Below, in pieces: positions 1-8,657 of a DNA stretch of 64,000 nucleotides; within the stretch, counting starts at the first letter, position 1, and each line of letters begins with the position of its first letter. Both the position numbers and the translations under genes were made by a program. Source of the DNA: a virus; IMG/VR virus record IMGVR_UViG_3300012944_000002, positions 1 to 64,000 of that record, one strand, 5' to 3'. The notes under the pieces were generated by a model. The model did not search any database, was not told where the DNA came from, and worked only from the letters and a program-made list of their open reading frames with translations.

Positions 1-1
1 A

Positions 2-340
2 GCGTCCGGCGCGGACAGCATCGCCGCCGACTGGGCAAAGGCCAACCGCGAGCACGGCGTTGGCCACCAGCCGACGCCCGCCCGCTGGGAGCACTGCGCA
101 CCCAACTGCCCGCCCGGCCACCGCAAGCAGGCTCACGACCGCACGTACTGCCCCACCGCCGGCCACCGCCGCAACCAGGACATGGTCGACGCCGGGCCGC
201 TGATCGCCCTCGCCTTCATCGACGGCTGCGCCAGCACCCGCTGCACCGAGCCCAAGCCGCACGACTCCCACGGCGTCACCCACTGCATCAAGGCCGCCCG
301 CAAGGCCGGAGTGCCGGTCAGGGAGGTGCGGGCTGCATGA
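2..340 (+). CDS. hypothetical Cys/His-rich protein, 5' end outside window
   Basis: Frame 2 is open from the window edge to TGA 338-340. Third codon positions are almost all G/C. The stop overlaps the next start (ATGA). Confidence 0.55.
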   Translation, partial: ASGADSIAADWAKANREHGVGHQPTPARWEHCAPNCPPGHRKQAHDRTYCPTAGHRRNQDMVDAGPLIALAFIDGCASTRCTEPKPHDSHGVTHCIKAARKAGVPVREVRAA

Positions 341-450
341 ACCCCGAGACCCGCTGGCTGCTGTACGCCACCGCCCTGTCCGCTGCCGGCCTGATCCTCC
401 TCACCGTCGCGTTCCTCCTGTCCGGCCGCGAGCACCGGAGGCGGACGTGA
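337..450 (+). CDS. small membrane protein (37 aa)
   Basis: ATG 337 overlaps the upstream stop. The translation MNPETRWLLYATALSAAGLILLTVAFLLSGREHRRRT has one hydrophobic helix. The stop overlaps the next GTG. It is below the ORF-track size cutoff. Confidence 0.5.
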   Translation: MNPETRWLLYATALSAAGLILLTVAFLLSGREHRRRT

Positions 451-782
451 GCCTCGACCACCAGGCGCTGGCCGCCACCGTCCTCGGCATGGTCGCCATC
501 GTCGTGCTCGGCCTGGCGGTACTCGGCGCGGGCGTGGCGGTTCGCGCGGCCCTTCACTTCGCCGACGACCTGCGGGCCGAACGGGCCTGGCGACGGAGCA
601 CCCGAACCGTGCCGCTGCTGCCGGCCGACGAGGACGGGTGGACCGCGCTCGCCGACGCCGTGCACGAAGCGCCCCAGCCGCAACTACAACCCGACCTGCG
701 CGACGACCGCCGCGGCACCGACGACGACCTGCTCCAGCAGGTCCGCGACATCTGGCCGAACAGCCCGAGAGGAGACCAGTGA
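447..782 (+). CDS. hypothetical membrane protein
   Basis: Track ORF 447..782. N-terminal TM helix ATVLGMVAIVVLGLAVLGAGVAV, high GC3, translationally coupled on both sides. Confidence 0.6.
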   Translation: MSLDHQALAATVLGMVAIVVLGLAVLGAGVAVRAALHFADDLRAERAWRRSTRTVPLLPADEDGWTALADAVHEAPQPQLQPDLRDDRRGTDDDLLQQVRDIWPNSPRGDQ

Positions 783-1627
783 CCACCGCGACCAAGCCTG
801 CGCCGCACCACGACAACCTCACTTGCTACACCGACTACCGCTGCCGCCGCCCCGCATGCGTCGAGCGGTACAACGTCCGCAATCGGGAACGCCTCCAGGC
901 CCGCCGCCTCGGCACCTACGACCGGCTCATCGACGCCGAACCCGCCCGCCGCCACATCCTCCGCCTCCAGCACGCCGGTATGTCGTGCGCCGCCGTCGCG
1001 GTAGCGGCAGGACTCACCACCCAGTCCATCCTCGAATTCGTCCGCCCCATCCCCTCGCAGGGCCGCGGCCGACGCCAGCGCACCACGCCCACCACCGAGG
1101 CGAAGATCCTCGCAGTCACCCTCGGCGACCGCACTACGGGCCGCATCGACGCCACCGGAACGCTCCGCCGCGTACAAGCCCTCGCCGCACTCGGCTGGCC
1201 CACCCGGCACATCGCTGTCCACGCCGGACTCCAGGCAGCGAACGCTCACCACCTCGAAGGACGCGCCCGCGTCTACGTGGCCACCGCCAACGCCATCGCC
1301 AAGACCTACGACGAACTCCGCCGCAAGCGGCCCGAGAAGCACGGCGTCACCAAGTCACATGCCCAGAGGGCCAGGAACCGCGCCGCGCTCGCCCACTGGG
1401 CGCCGCCCAAGTACTGGGACGACCCCGACCATCCCATCGACGACGCCGGATTCGAGCCGGACTACGGCGTCACCCGGCGCCAGCAGATCGCCGACGACGC
1501 CCGCTGGCTCATGACCGTCGGCGGGTTGAACAAGGAGCAGGTCGCGCTCCGACTCCGCCGGTCCGCCTCCTACGTCAACGAGGCCCTGCGCGACTACCCC
1601 GCCGACGACGGGCAGGCCGCGGCATGA
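779..1627 (+). CDS. hypothetical DNA-binding-type protein (Cys-rich N-terminus)
   Basis: Same frame and stop as track ORF 638..1627. GTG 779 is preferred because of the GAGAGGAG RBS and the GTGA overlap with the upstream stop. Contains motif CYTDYRCRRPAC. Confidence 0.6.
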   Translation: MTTATKPAPHHDNLTCYTDYRCRRPACVERYNVRNRERLQARRLGTYDRLIDAEPARRHILRLQHAGMSCAAVAVAAGLTTQSILEFVRPIPSQGRGRRQRTTPTTEAKILAVTLGDRTTGRIDATGTLRRVQALAALGWPTRHIAVHAGLQAANAHHLEGRARVYVATANAIAKTYDELRRKRPEKHGVTKSHAQRARNRAALAHWAPPKYWDDPDHPIDDAGFEPDYGVTRRQQIADDARWLMTVGGLNKEQVALRLRRSASYVNEALRDYPADDGQAAA

Positions 1628-2031
1628 GCCGCCCCCGCGGTCCGGTCACCGCGAGCATCCAGAAGGCGTGGGCCGCACGCACCCGGCCGATCCCCGGCGG
1701 CCACCTGAAGTGGGTCGGCGGGTACGTACTGCGCCGCGGCGGTCAGACCTACAGCCCCGCCGCCGTGGCGTTCCGCATCCGCACCGGGCGCGACCCCGAG
1801 GGATCGGTGCGCGCAACCTGCCCGGCGTTCCGGTGCGTGGCCCCGGAACACGTGGACGACGCCGCCGGGCGGGCCCGCACCCGGGCACAGATCCGGGCCG
1901 ACAAAGGCTTGCCGCCACCGCCGCCCATCTGCAAGCGAGGCCACGACCAGGCCGTCCACGGACGCCTGCTCGCCAATGGCGCGCCCTACTGCGACGCCTG
2001 CGCCAACCACCGCGAGCAGGTCGTGGCATGA
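1624..2031 (+). CDS. hypothetical zinc-binding protein
   Basis: Tail of track ORF 823..2031 from ATG 1624 (ATGA overlap). Cys pairs CPAFRC and CDAC. High GC3. Confidence 0.55.
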   Translation: MSRPRGPVTASIQKAWAARTRPIPGGHLKWVGGYVLRRGGQTYSPAAVAFRIRTGRDPEGSVRATCPAFRCVAPEHVDDAAGRARTRAQIRADKGLPPPPPICKRGHDQAVHGRLLANGAPYCDACANHREQVVA

Positions 2032-2774
2032 CGCGCCGCGTAGACGCCCGCCCCGCCCGGCGCCAACTGCGGGACCTGCGCGCCATCGCCGGAGCACACG
2101 TCACCCGCGACGACTGCATGGACCTGCTCGTCCAACACGCCCTGACAAAGCCGCTGTTCGACGCGCTATTTACCCGGCCGTACCCGTTCGTCGCGCAGAC
2201 CCGCATCAGCCGCGCCCTCGCCGGCCCGCTCCAGATCCTCGAAGCCACCATCAGCGACGCAGACACAGCGCCCCTGGACGGCCTCTACCGGCAGGCGGCA
2301 GACCGGGCAGCGGCCGTCACCAACCACGCGGAACGCCAGCCCCTCATCACCGCGCTGTACGAGCACTTCTTCCGAACCGCGCTCCCGCGAGTCGCCGACC
2401 GGCACGGCATCGTCTTCACCCCAGTTGAGGTCGTCGACTTCATCCTCCGCGGCACCGACCAGGCGCTCCGCAAGAGCCACCGCTGCGGCCTTGCCGACGA
2501 ACGCGTACAGATTCTCGACCCGTTCGCCGGCACCGGCATCTTCACTGTCCGCCTCATCCAGAGCGACCTCATCGCGGACGCCGACCTGTCCCGGGTCTAC
2601 CGCCAGCAGATGCACGGCCACGAGATCGTCCCGCTGAGCTGGTACATCGCCACGGTCAACATCGAGATCGCCTACGCCGAACGGACTCAGCGGTACCTGC
2701 CGTTCACCGGCCTGCGGCTGGTCGACACGTTCGACAACCCGCCCTGCTGCGACAGGGGGCGGACCGATGGCTGA
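2028..2774 (+). CDS. gamma-class N6-adenine DNA methyltransferase-like protein, N-terminal half only (type ISP/IIG-like), ending at a degenerate motif IV
   Basis: Tail of track ORF 1668..2774 from ATG 2028 (ATGA overlap). Has GIVFTPVEVVDFIL (motif X) and ILDPFAGTGIF (motif I). DNPPCC replaces NPP[YFW], and the stop follows 8 codons later. No motifs V-VIII or target-recognition domain. Confidence 0.7.
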   Translation: MTRRVDARPARRQLRDLRAIAGAHVTRDDCMDLLVQHALTKPLFDALFTRPYPFVAQTRISRALAGPLQILEATISDADTAPLDGLYRQAADRAAAVTNHAERQPLITALYEHFFRTALPRVADRHGIVFTPVEVVDFILRGTDQALRKSHRCGLADERVQILDPFAGTGIFTVRLIQSDLIADADLSRVYRQQMHGHEIVPLSWYIATVNIEIAYAERTQRYLPFTGLRLVDTFDNPPCCDRGRTDG

Positions 2775-2982
2775 ACCGACAACGCCCCCGGCCGCCACCA
2801 GGCCCACGGACGGCTCGTGCTCGCGCTGGGTGGGGGACCGGTACTGCCGCGAGGTGGGCGGGGTCCGGTACTTCGTCAGCGGCCACCGATGCGAGCGGCA
2901 CACGCCGGCCGCGCTGCTGGGGCGGGCCGAGGTCGTGGCCGGTCCCGGAGCTGAGCGGAACCGCGGGGAGGGGGAGCGGTGA
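2767..2982 (+). CDS. hypothetical Cys-rich protein
   Basis: Track ORF 2767..2982. ATG overlaps the upstream stop (ATGGCTGA). High GC3. Confidence 0.45.
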   Translation: MAEPTTPPAATRPTDGSCSRWVGDRYCREVGGVRYFVSGHRCERHTPAALLGRAEVVAGPGAERNRGEGER

Positions 2983-2984
2983 GG

Positions 2985-3299
2985 TCAGTCGGAGCCAGTC
3001 ATCTCGCTGTACCAACGGACCAGAAAGCCGGGCACCTCTTCCGGATCCAGCCCCTCGAACGCTTTCGACAGCGATTCCAGGGCGCGCCGGTCCTGCTTGG
3101 CCTGGTCGTAGAGCTCGGGCGTGACCACGTAAGCGCTGCGTTCGCCGCGCTCGGTGAAGGCGCCTACGCCCGCGCCGTACCGCACGCCGCGCAGCAGGGG
3201 CGTCAGGTTCGCACGGGCCTCGGTCATGGACACCTCGGCGACGCCGTCTTCGGCGATCCGGATCCCCTGGTCAGCAGGCATGAACAGAGTGTAAGTCAT
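2985..3299 (-). CDS. Phd/YefM-family antitoxin-like protein, solitary
   Basis: Track ORF 2985..3323 minus. ATG at 3299 is preferred (GGAAGGA RBS 7 nt upstream). VSMTEARANLTPLLRGV...AFTERGERSAYVVTPELYD fits the Phd/YefM pattern. No toxin-like ORF lies downstream. Confidence 0.65.
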   Translation of the reverse strand: MTYTLFMPADQGIRIAEDGVAEVSMTEARANLTPLLRGVRYGAGVGAFTERGERSAYVVTPELYDQAKQDRRALESLSKAFEGLDPEEVPGFLVRWYSEMTGSD

Positions 3300-3408
3300 G
3301 GCCAATCCTTCCAATATTGCCAATCTTTAAAGTAGTATGGCGGAGCGCACCCGGCAACGCCAGACCGCGACACCCAGACCTGCCCGAGCGCAACCGAAAG
3401 AAGAACCG
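3300..3408. promoter_or_regulatory. AT-rich divergent intergenic region with CCAAT direct repeats
   Basis: The most AT-rich stretch I noticed, lying between divergent genes. CCAAT occurs at 3302-3306, 3311-3315 and 3320-3324 (9-bp spacing). Palindrome CAATATTG at 3312-3319. Confidence 0.45.
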
Positions 3409-4704
3409 ATGGCCGTCTCCAAGCGCCTCCGCTACGAGATCCTGCGGCGGGACAACTACACCTGCCGGTACTGCGGCGCCAAGGCGCCCGACGTACCGCT
3501 GCGCGTAGATCACGTCACGCCCGTGGCGCTCGGGGGAAGCGACGACCCGACCAACCTGGCGACGTCCTGCCACGACTGCAACGCCGGAAAGACCTCCAGC
3601 TCGCCCGACGCCACGCTCGTCGCCGACGTGGCCGATGGTGCACTCCGGTGGGCCGCGGCCATGGAGCAGGCAGCCGATGTGCTCCTCCGCCAGGACGAAC
3701 CGAAGGTCGCCTACCGCGAAGTGTTCGTCAGCGAGTGGAACCGCTGGGGCTACGGCGAAGGCGACGACCGCAAGAAGATCGAGCTCCCCAGCGACTGGAA
3801 GGCCGGCCTCGAACGCTTCCGTGTCGCCGGTCTGCCCGACTGGGCGTGGGCCGAGATCGTCGACGCGTCCATGGGCAACAAGAAGGTCAAGCATGAGAGC
3901 AAGTTCAAGTACTGCTGCGGCATCGCCTGGAACCAGGTCACGGTCATCCAGCACGAAGCCCGACGGTTGGTCGGTGCGAGCGCGTCGACCGCCGCTCCCC
4001 GAGACTCCACCGCCGACGCCATAGTGGCTGTCGTCCTGGCTGTGTGGACGGAAGTTACGGGCGAAGATCCGCAGCCCGATCAGCATAAGGAACTGGTACG
4101 TACTGCGCTTGCCTCGTATGCGGCCGAGCGCGAAGCCGAGGACATCGTGCGCGCCAGCCGCCAGGCCGCCTACTTCGGCCAATCCAGCATCGACGAGGGC
4201 TTCGAGGGGCTCGCGCGCGACGAGCAGTTCCGTGCGTACATCAACTGGCAGAACGCGTGGACGGCAACTGGAGAGGTCCCCCCGAACGAGGCCTTCACCC
4301 CTTTCTGGGAGACCTGCGAACGGCTCTTCGCTGCCGGCGTCGGCCTCCCCGAGGTGAAGACTGCGGCGTTCGTTGCCGGGTACCACCGTTCGACCGCGCC
4401 TCACTACGGCATCCCCGGCAAGACCCTGCGTGCGCTCGATATCCACCCCACCATCGAGCGGGCGACCGATGCATGGAAGCGCGCCTTCTACGGGTCGGCT
4501 GGCCGCTGGCCGGAGGCGGGCGAGGAGCGCAAATTCCGCGCTCAGCTTGAGCGGCTCGCGGACTGCGTATACCGCACCGGCGATGCCCTGAACGCCGCGA
4601 TCTCCGCCGGTGCGGTACAGGAAGCCGACATCTACTGGAACATGCCGCACCAGCTCTCTGCGCTGTTCGCCGCAGCCCTCCCGTTCGACGGGAGCAAGAA
4701 CTGA
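3409..4704 (+). CDS. HNH endonuclease domain protein with long C-terminal extension
   Basis: Track ORF 3337..4704. HNH motif CRYCGAK...DHVTPVALGGSDDPTNLATSCHDCNAGK. ATG 3409 is favoured because codons 3337-3408 have poor GC3. Confidence 0.8.
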   Translation: MAVSKRLRYEILRRDNYTCRYCGAKAPDVPLRVDHVTPVALGGSDDPTNLATSCHDCNAGKTSSSPDATLVADVADGALRWAAAMEQAADVLLRQDEPKVAYREVFVSEWNRWGYGEGDDRKKIELPSDWKAGLERFRVAGLPDWAWAEIVDASMGNKKVKHESKFKYCCGIAWNQVTVIQHEARRLVGASASTAAPRDSTADAIVAVVLAVWTEVTGEDPQPDQHKELVRTALASYAAEREAEDIVRASRQAAYFGQSSIDEGFEGLARDEQFRAYINWQNAWTATGEVPPNEAFTPFWETCERLFAAGVGLPEVKTAAFVAGYHRSTAPHYGIPGKTLRALDIHPTIERATDAWKRAFYGSAGRWPEAGEERKFRAQLERLADCVYRTGDALNAAISAGAVQEADIYWNMPHQLSALFAAALPFDGSKN

Positions 4705-5789
4705 TGGCGCGCATCCGTTCGATCAAGCCGGAGATGCGCACGTCGATCACGGTGTCGATGTGGCCGCGGGAGGTCCGGTACTTCTTCATCCTGCTGTGGG
4801 GCTACCTCGACGACTACGGCCGCGGCGTTGACGACGAACTGCTCATCGCCTCCGACTGCTTCCCGCGCGACCGGGACATCACGCCCGAGCGCGTTGACGC
4901 CTGGCTGGAGCTGATCGCCGACGCGGGGCCGCTGTGCCGCTACGAGGTGGACGGCCGGCAATACCTTCACGCCCCGAACTGGCGCGAGCACCAGAAGCCG
5001 TCTCACCCGACGCGGTCGAAGGTCCCGCCGTGCCCGGACGACGAGCCGGAGGACTTCAAGGCGTGGCGTGCGAAGAACCCGCAGCGTCTCCGGAATCGCT
5101 CGCGAAAGTCTCGCGAAGGATTCGAGAGCTTCCCGGAAGGTCTCCCAGCGGCCTCCCAGACCCCTTCTGGAGGGGCTCCGCAGGCCACTTTTGACGCCTC
5201 CGCGTCTGACGTGGGCACGACCAACGTTGAAGGCGTGCCCGGGGAGCCGTGGGTAGACGAACCCGCAGGTCATGGCGTGTACGAGAGCGCTCCGGATTCT
5301 TTCGCGAACAGCTCCGGAACCGCTCGGGATTCTTTCGCCCCTGAGCAAGGGAGCAAGGGAGCAAGGGAGCAAGGGGTTAAACCCCCCGCTGGCGCGCCTG
5401 CATCGACGACTGCACCTGGCGCCGTAGTGACCGGCGAGGGGATTCCAGACCGCATGGCGGCCGCGTTCATGGACCGCTTCGCCCGCGGCAACTCTTACCG
5501 ACTCAAGCCGGTCCGCCAGGTGATCGCCGACACGATCGCCAACCGCACCGACCCGGACGAGCTCTGGGAGGCGCTCATTCGCATCGGCGAATCGAGCAAG
5601 CCCGTCACCCCCGGCACCCTCCAGTTCGCCTTCCACGAGATCCGCAAGCCCAACAACGTCACCCAGCTGCGCCCGTCCACCACCGACGAACGCGTCGCCG
5701 CCGGCCTCGCCCTCGCCGCGAAGTACCGCGCCGAAGAGGAACGCGCCGCCCTCGAAGCCGCCCCGACCAAACCCCAGGAGTCAGCGTGA
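4704..5789 (+). CDS. replication initiator / replisome-organizer-like protein
   Basis: Track ORF 4704..5789 (TGATG overlap). N-terminus MARIRSIKPEMR. Lies just upstream of the helicase. A low-complexity central linker coincides with DNA repeats. Confidence 0.65.
   Translation: MARIRSIKPEMRTSITVSMWPREVRYFFILLWGYLDDYGRGVDDELLIASDCFPRDRDITPERVDAWLELIADAGPLCRYEVDGRQYLHAPNWREHQKPSHPTRSKVPPCPDDEPEDFKAWRAKNPQRLRNRSRKSREGFESFPEGLPAASQTPSGGAPQATFDASASDVGTTNVEGVPGEPWVDEPAGHGVYESAPDSFANSSGTARDSFAPEQGSKGAREQGVKPPAGAPASTTAPGAVVTGEGIPDRMAAAFMDRFARGNSYRLKPVRQVIADTIANRTDPDELWEALIRIGESSKPVTPGTLQFAFHEIRKPNNVTQLRPSTTDERVAAGLALAAKYRAEEERAALEAAPTKPQESA
5294..5385. repeat. ori-like repeat cluster inside the organizer gene
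   Basis: GGATTCTTTCGC at 5294-5305 and 5327-5338. Four perfect tandem octamers AGCAAGGG at 5344-5375. Palindrome GGGGTTAAACCCC at 5373-5385. Inverted partners TCGCGAAAG and TCGCGAAGG at 5100-5119. Confidence 0.5.
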
Positions 5790-6028
5790 CCCGCTCCGAG
5801 GCAGCCCAACTCCTCGCCGTCGCCGCCGGCATCGACCAGCGCACCATTGGCGACGCCGACGTCCAGGCGTGGCAGATGGTCCTTGCCGACATCCCCCTCG
5901 CTGATGCCATCGCCGCACTCACCGCCCACTACCGGGCCACCACCCGGCGCGTCATGCCCGCCGACATCGTCCAGCGCGTCAAGCCCACACCCGGCTACGA
6001 GGCCAACACCGAGCGGGGCGTTTTCTGA
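5786..6028 (+). CDS. hypothetical protein between organizer and helicase
   Basis: Track ORF 5786..6028. GTGA overlap upstream and TGATG overlap downstream. High GC3. Confidence 0.6.
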   Translation: MTRSEAAQLLAVAAGIDQRTIGDADVQAWQMVLADIPLADAIAALTAHYRATTRRVMPADIVQRVKPTPGYEANTERGVF

Positions 6029-7338
6029 TGGCCTTCGACGACGAGCAGCACATCAATCGGGTACCCCCCAACGACCTCGGCGCCGAGCAGGGTCTCCTCG
6101 GCGCCTGCTACTACAGCGTCCGCGTCCTCCAAGGCGCGCTCGAAGCCGTTCAAGGCGCCGACTACTACCGCCCGGCCCACACCACGATTCACAACGCCAT
6201 GGCCGCCATGCACGCCGCCGGCCAGCGCGTCGACCCCATCACCCTCGCGAAGTACCTCGCCGACGAAGGCACCCTCGGACTCGTAGGCGGCATCCCGTAC
6301 CTGCACACCCTCGCCACCGTCGGCCAGGGAGTCTTCAACGCCACCGAGTACGCCGAGATCGTCGTCGACCGGGCCCTGCGCCGCTCCCTCGTCGAGCACG
6401 GCATCGAAACCGCAGAGACCGCCTACGTCAACAGCGGCGAAACCTTCGCTCTCGTCGAACGGGCGGTTGCCCGCGCCCGCGAAATCCGCGACCGCGGCCA
6501 GGCCAACAGCGACCTGCCGACGCTGGATCTCCTCGACTTCGTTGCCGTTGAGGACACGTACAACTGGCTGATCCCCGACCTGCTGGAGTACGGCGACCGG
6601 CTCGTCCTCACCGCGAGCGAAGGTGGCGGCAAGAGCACGCTCCTGCGGCAGATCGCTGTCACCATCGCCGCCGGACTTCACCCGTTCCGGACCACGCAGT
6701 ACGTCGACCCCCACCGCGTCCTCGTCCTCGACTGCGAGAACGGCGCCCCCGTCTCCCGCCGCAAGTTCCGCCCCCTCCTCGACGCCGCCGCGAAGGTCAA
6801 CCGACCGCTGCAGCGCGGCATGTTCCACATCGAATGCCGCCCCGAAGGCTTGGACCTCACCCGGCCTGCCGACCGTGCCTGGCTCATGCGGCGCGTCGAA
6901 AAGCTCAAGCCCGAACTGTTGATCATCGGGCCGATCTACCGGCTCCACGCTGGCGACCCCAACTCCGAGGAACTGGCCCGCAAGGTCTCCGCCGTCATCG
7001 ACGAAGCCCGCGCCACCGCCAACTGCGCCGTCCTCATGGAAGCCCACGCCCCGCACCACAACGGCCAATCCGCGCACCGCAACCTCCGCCCTCTCGGCTC
7101 CAGCTTGTGGATGCGCTGGCCCGAGTTCGGCTTCGGGCTGCGCCCCGTCGAGGACGAGAAGTCCGCGTCCAACGCTGACGGCGCCCGCGGCCGGCGGTTC
7201 CTGCCCTGGCGCGGGATGCGCGACGAGCGCGCGTGGCCCGAGTTCATCAAGCAGGGCGAGCACTGGCCCTGGGAGGCGTACACGCCCATCGACACCGACC
7301 AGTTCACCGGGCTCTCGCAGACGGGAGCGATCTGGTGA
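6028..7338 (+). CDS. DnaB-like replicative helicase (DnaB N-terminal domain plus RecA/AAA_25-type ATPase)
   Basis: Track ORF 6028..7338. N-terminus PPNDLGAEQGLLGACYYS resembles the DnaB N-domain. Walker A in LTASEGGGKSTLL. Confidence 0.85.
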   Translation: MAFDDEQHINRVPPNDLGAEQGLLGACYYSVRVLQGALEAVQGADYYRPAHTTIHNAMAAMHAAGQRVDPITLAKYLADEGTLGLVGGIPYLHTLATVGQGVFNATEYAEIVVDRALRRSLVEHGIETAETAYVNSGETFALVERAVARAREIRDRGQANSDLPTLDLLDFVAVEDTYNWLIPDLLEYGDRLVLTASEGGGKSTLLRQIAVTIAAGLHPFRTTQYVDPHRVLVLDCENGAPVSRRKFRPLLDAAAKVNRPLQRGMFHIECRPEGLDLTRPADRAWLMRRVEKLKPELLIIGPIYRLHAGDPNSEELARKVSAVIDEARATANCAVLMEAHAPHHNGQSAHRNLRPLGSSLWMRWPEFGFGLRPVEDEKSASNADGARGRRFLPWRGMRDERAWPEFIKQGEHWPWEAYTPIDTDQFTGLSQTGAIW

Positions 7339-7604
7339 CCTACGCCCCGTACTCCGACACGTGCGAGAACTGCCTCCGCATCACCCGCACCGTCGCCCGC
7401 CCTGCCATGGCGGTCCCCGACGGAGACGGCGGTCTCATCGCCGCTTATCGCTGCCCCGCCTGCGGCCACACCTGGACCTGCTCGTGGGGCATACAGGCCG
7501 GCCCGCAGCCGCCACTGCCGCCAAAGGACCCGGTCGGCCTCGAAGACCTCGTTGCCCAGCTCCACATCCGCGCCGCCACCCAGAACCGCCCACCCGCCGC
7601 CTGA
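7335..7604 (+). CDS. hypothetical zinc-ribbon protein
   Basis: Tail of track ORF 7233..7604 from GTG 7335 (GTGA overlap). Contains CENC ... CPACGHTWTC. Confidence 0.55.
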   Translation: MTYAPYSDTCENCLRITRTVARPAMAVPDGDGGLIAAYRCPACGHTWTCSWGIQAGPQPPLPPKDPVGLEDLVAQLHIRAATQNRPPAA

Positions 7605-7618
7605 AAGGAACCGCCGCA

Positions 7619-7870
7619 ATGTCCCGTATGTCTGTTGTCATCCTCTCCGACTCCGGCCACCCCGACCGGTTCACGCACACCGATGTCGACGGCGACAAGC
7701 TGCTCATCACCACCGCGTTCGTGCCCGGCCACGGTTCGGGCGTGTACTTCCGCACCAGCCCCAACGGCTCCAGCGTGCTGCTCGCCGACATCCCCGCGCT
7801 GATCGCCCAGTTGCAGGTCATCGCTGACGCCGCGAAGGCCGACGCCGAGGCGGACGGGAGCGCCGTCTGA
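7619..7870 (+). CDS. hypothetical protein
   Basis: Tail of track ORF 7361..7870 from ATG 7619, preceded by AAAGGAA. High GC3. Confidence 0.55.
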   Translation: MSRMSVVILSDSGHPDRFTHTDVDGDKLLITTAFVPGHGSGVYFRTSPNGSSVLLADIPALIAQLQVIADAAKADAEADGSAV

Positions 7871-8112
7871 TGGCCGACTTCGAGCACACCGTCAGCAAGT
7901 CCACCGTCCACCGCCGGTCCGTCCCCGCTGCTGAGCCCTGGGGTGCCGCAGTTGAGGAGATCAGCAAGGCGTGGGGTGCGGCCACCGCCGTCTACCGCGA
8001 GGCGCACGGGCTCGCCAGCGACGCCGTCCTGTCCGGCAACGCGCTCACGTTCCACGTCGCCGACGACGCCGTGGTCATCGCGTTCACCGTCGAGACGGCG
8101 GGGGAGGCGTGA
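7870..8112 (+). CDS. hypothetical protein
   Basis: Track ORF 7870..8112. TGATG coupling on both sides. Confidence 0.55.
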   Translation: MADFEHTVSKSTVHRRSVPAAEPWGAAVEEISKAWGAATAVYREAHGLASDAVLSGNALTFHVADDAVVIAFTVETAGEA

Positions 8113-8657
8113 TGGGCGCCAACACCCCGCAGGAGACCGCAGCGGAGTTCGGCCTGCTGCTGAGCGCCGACGGCTGGCAGGTCTCGACCGATGTCGATTC
8201 CGCTGCGGCCCGCGTCGAGGGCATCCGGGACGACGCGGCGGTCATGGTCACCCACAAGGTGCGCCGCCGCCCCCGCCGGTTCTACGTCCTGCGCCCCGCC
8301 GGGTGGGGCATGCCCGGATGGCACGAGGTTGGCCGCGCGGTCTTCGAATACTTCGTTGGCCACCTGGACCTGCCGCCCGGTATCCGAGGGAAGCGAATTC
8401 GGAGCGCCTGCCACTGCGGCAAGTTCCGGTACCCGACCGAACAGCGCGCGGCCCGCGGCCTGCTGAACGTCAAGGTGCAGCGCGCGCTCGCCGGTGAGGG
8501 CCGCGCCGAGCGCCGGGCGGAATGCCGGGCGTACCGGTGCGATGACGATCAGCGGGTCTGGCACCTCACCAGCCGAGCCCACTGGCATGCCGCCACCCCC
8601 GCCTCTGAGCGCCCGCTTAGCCCTGTTCCCACCACCGACCGTTCGGACGGTGCGTGA
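8112..8657 (+). CDS. hypothetical protein with Cys/His cluster
   Basis: Tail of track ORF 7971..8657 from ATG 8112 (TGATG overlap). Contains CHCGKFRYP ... CRAYRCDDDQRVWHLT. Confidence 0.55.
   Translation: MGANTPQETAAEFGLLLSADGWQVSTDVDSAAARVEGIRDDAAVMVTHKVRRRPRRFYVLRPAGWGMPGWHEVGRAVFEYFVGHLDLPPGIRGKRIRSACHCGKFRYPTEQRAARGLLNVKVQRALAGEGRAERRAECRAYRCDDDQRVWHLTSRAHWHAATPASERPLSPVPTTDRSDGA

Noticed and set aside
638-2031. Long N-terminal extensions and off-frame ORFs in the track (638..1627 start, 823..2031 at 402 aa, 1668..2774 start, 12714..14096, 9015..10751 start).
   Set aside because: The upstream portions are Arg/Pro-rich read-through of neighbouring genes in other frames. Internal ATG/GTG starts with RBS-like purine runs and 4-nt start-stop overlaps give a consistent, tightly coupled gene train.
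5344-5375. Treating the AGCAAGGG x4 tract as a meaningless microsatellite.
   Set aside because: This is not fully excluded. It was kept as part of the ori-like finding because it is flanked by other direct and inverted repeats and by a palindrome, in the linker of the putative initiator. Copy-number data are needed.
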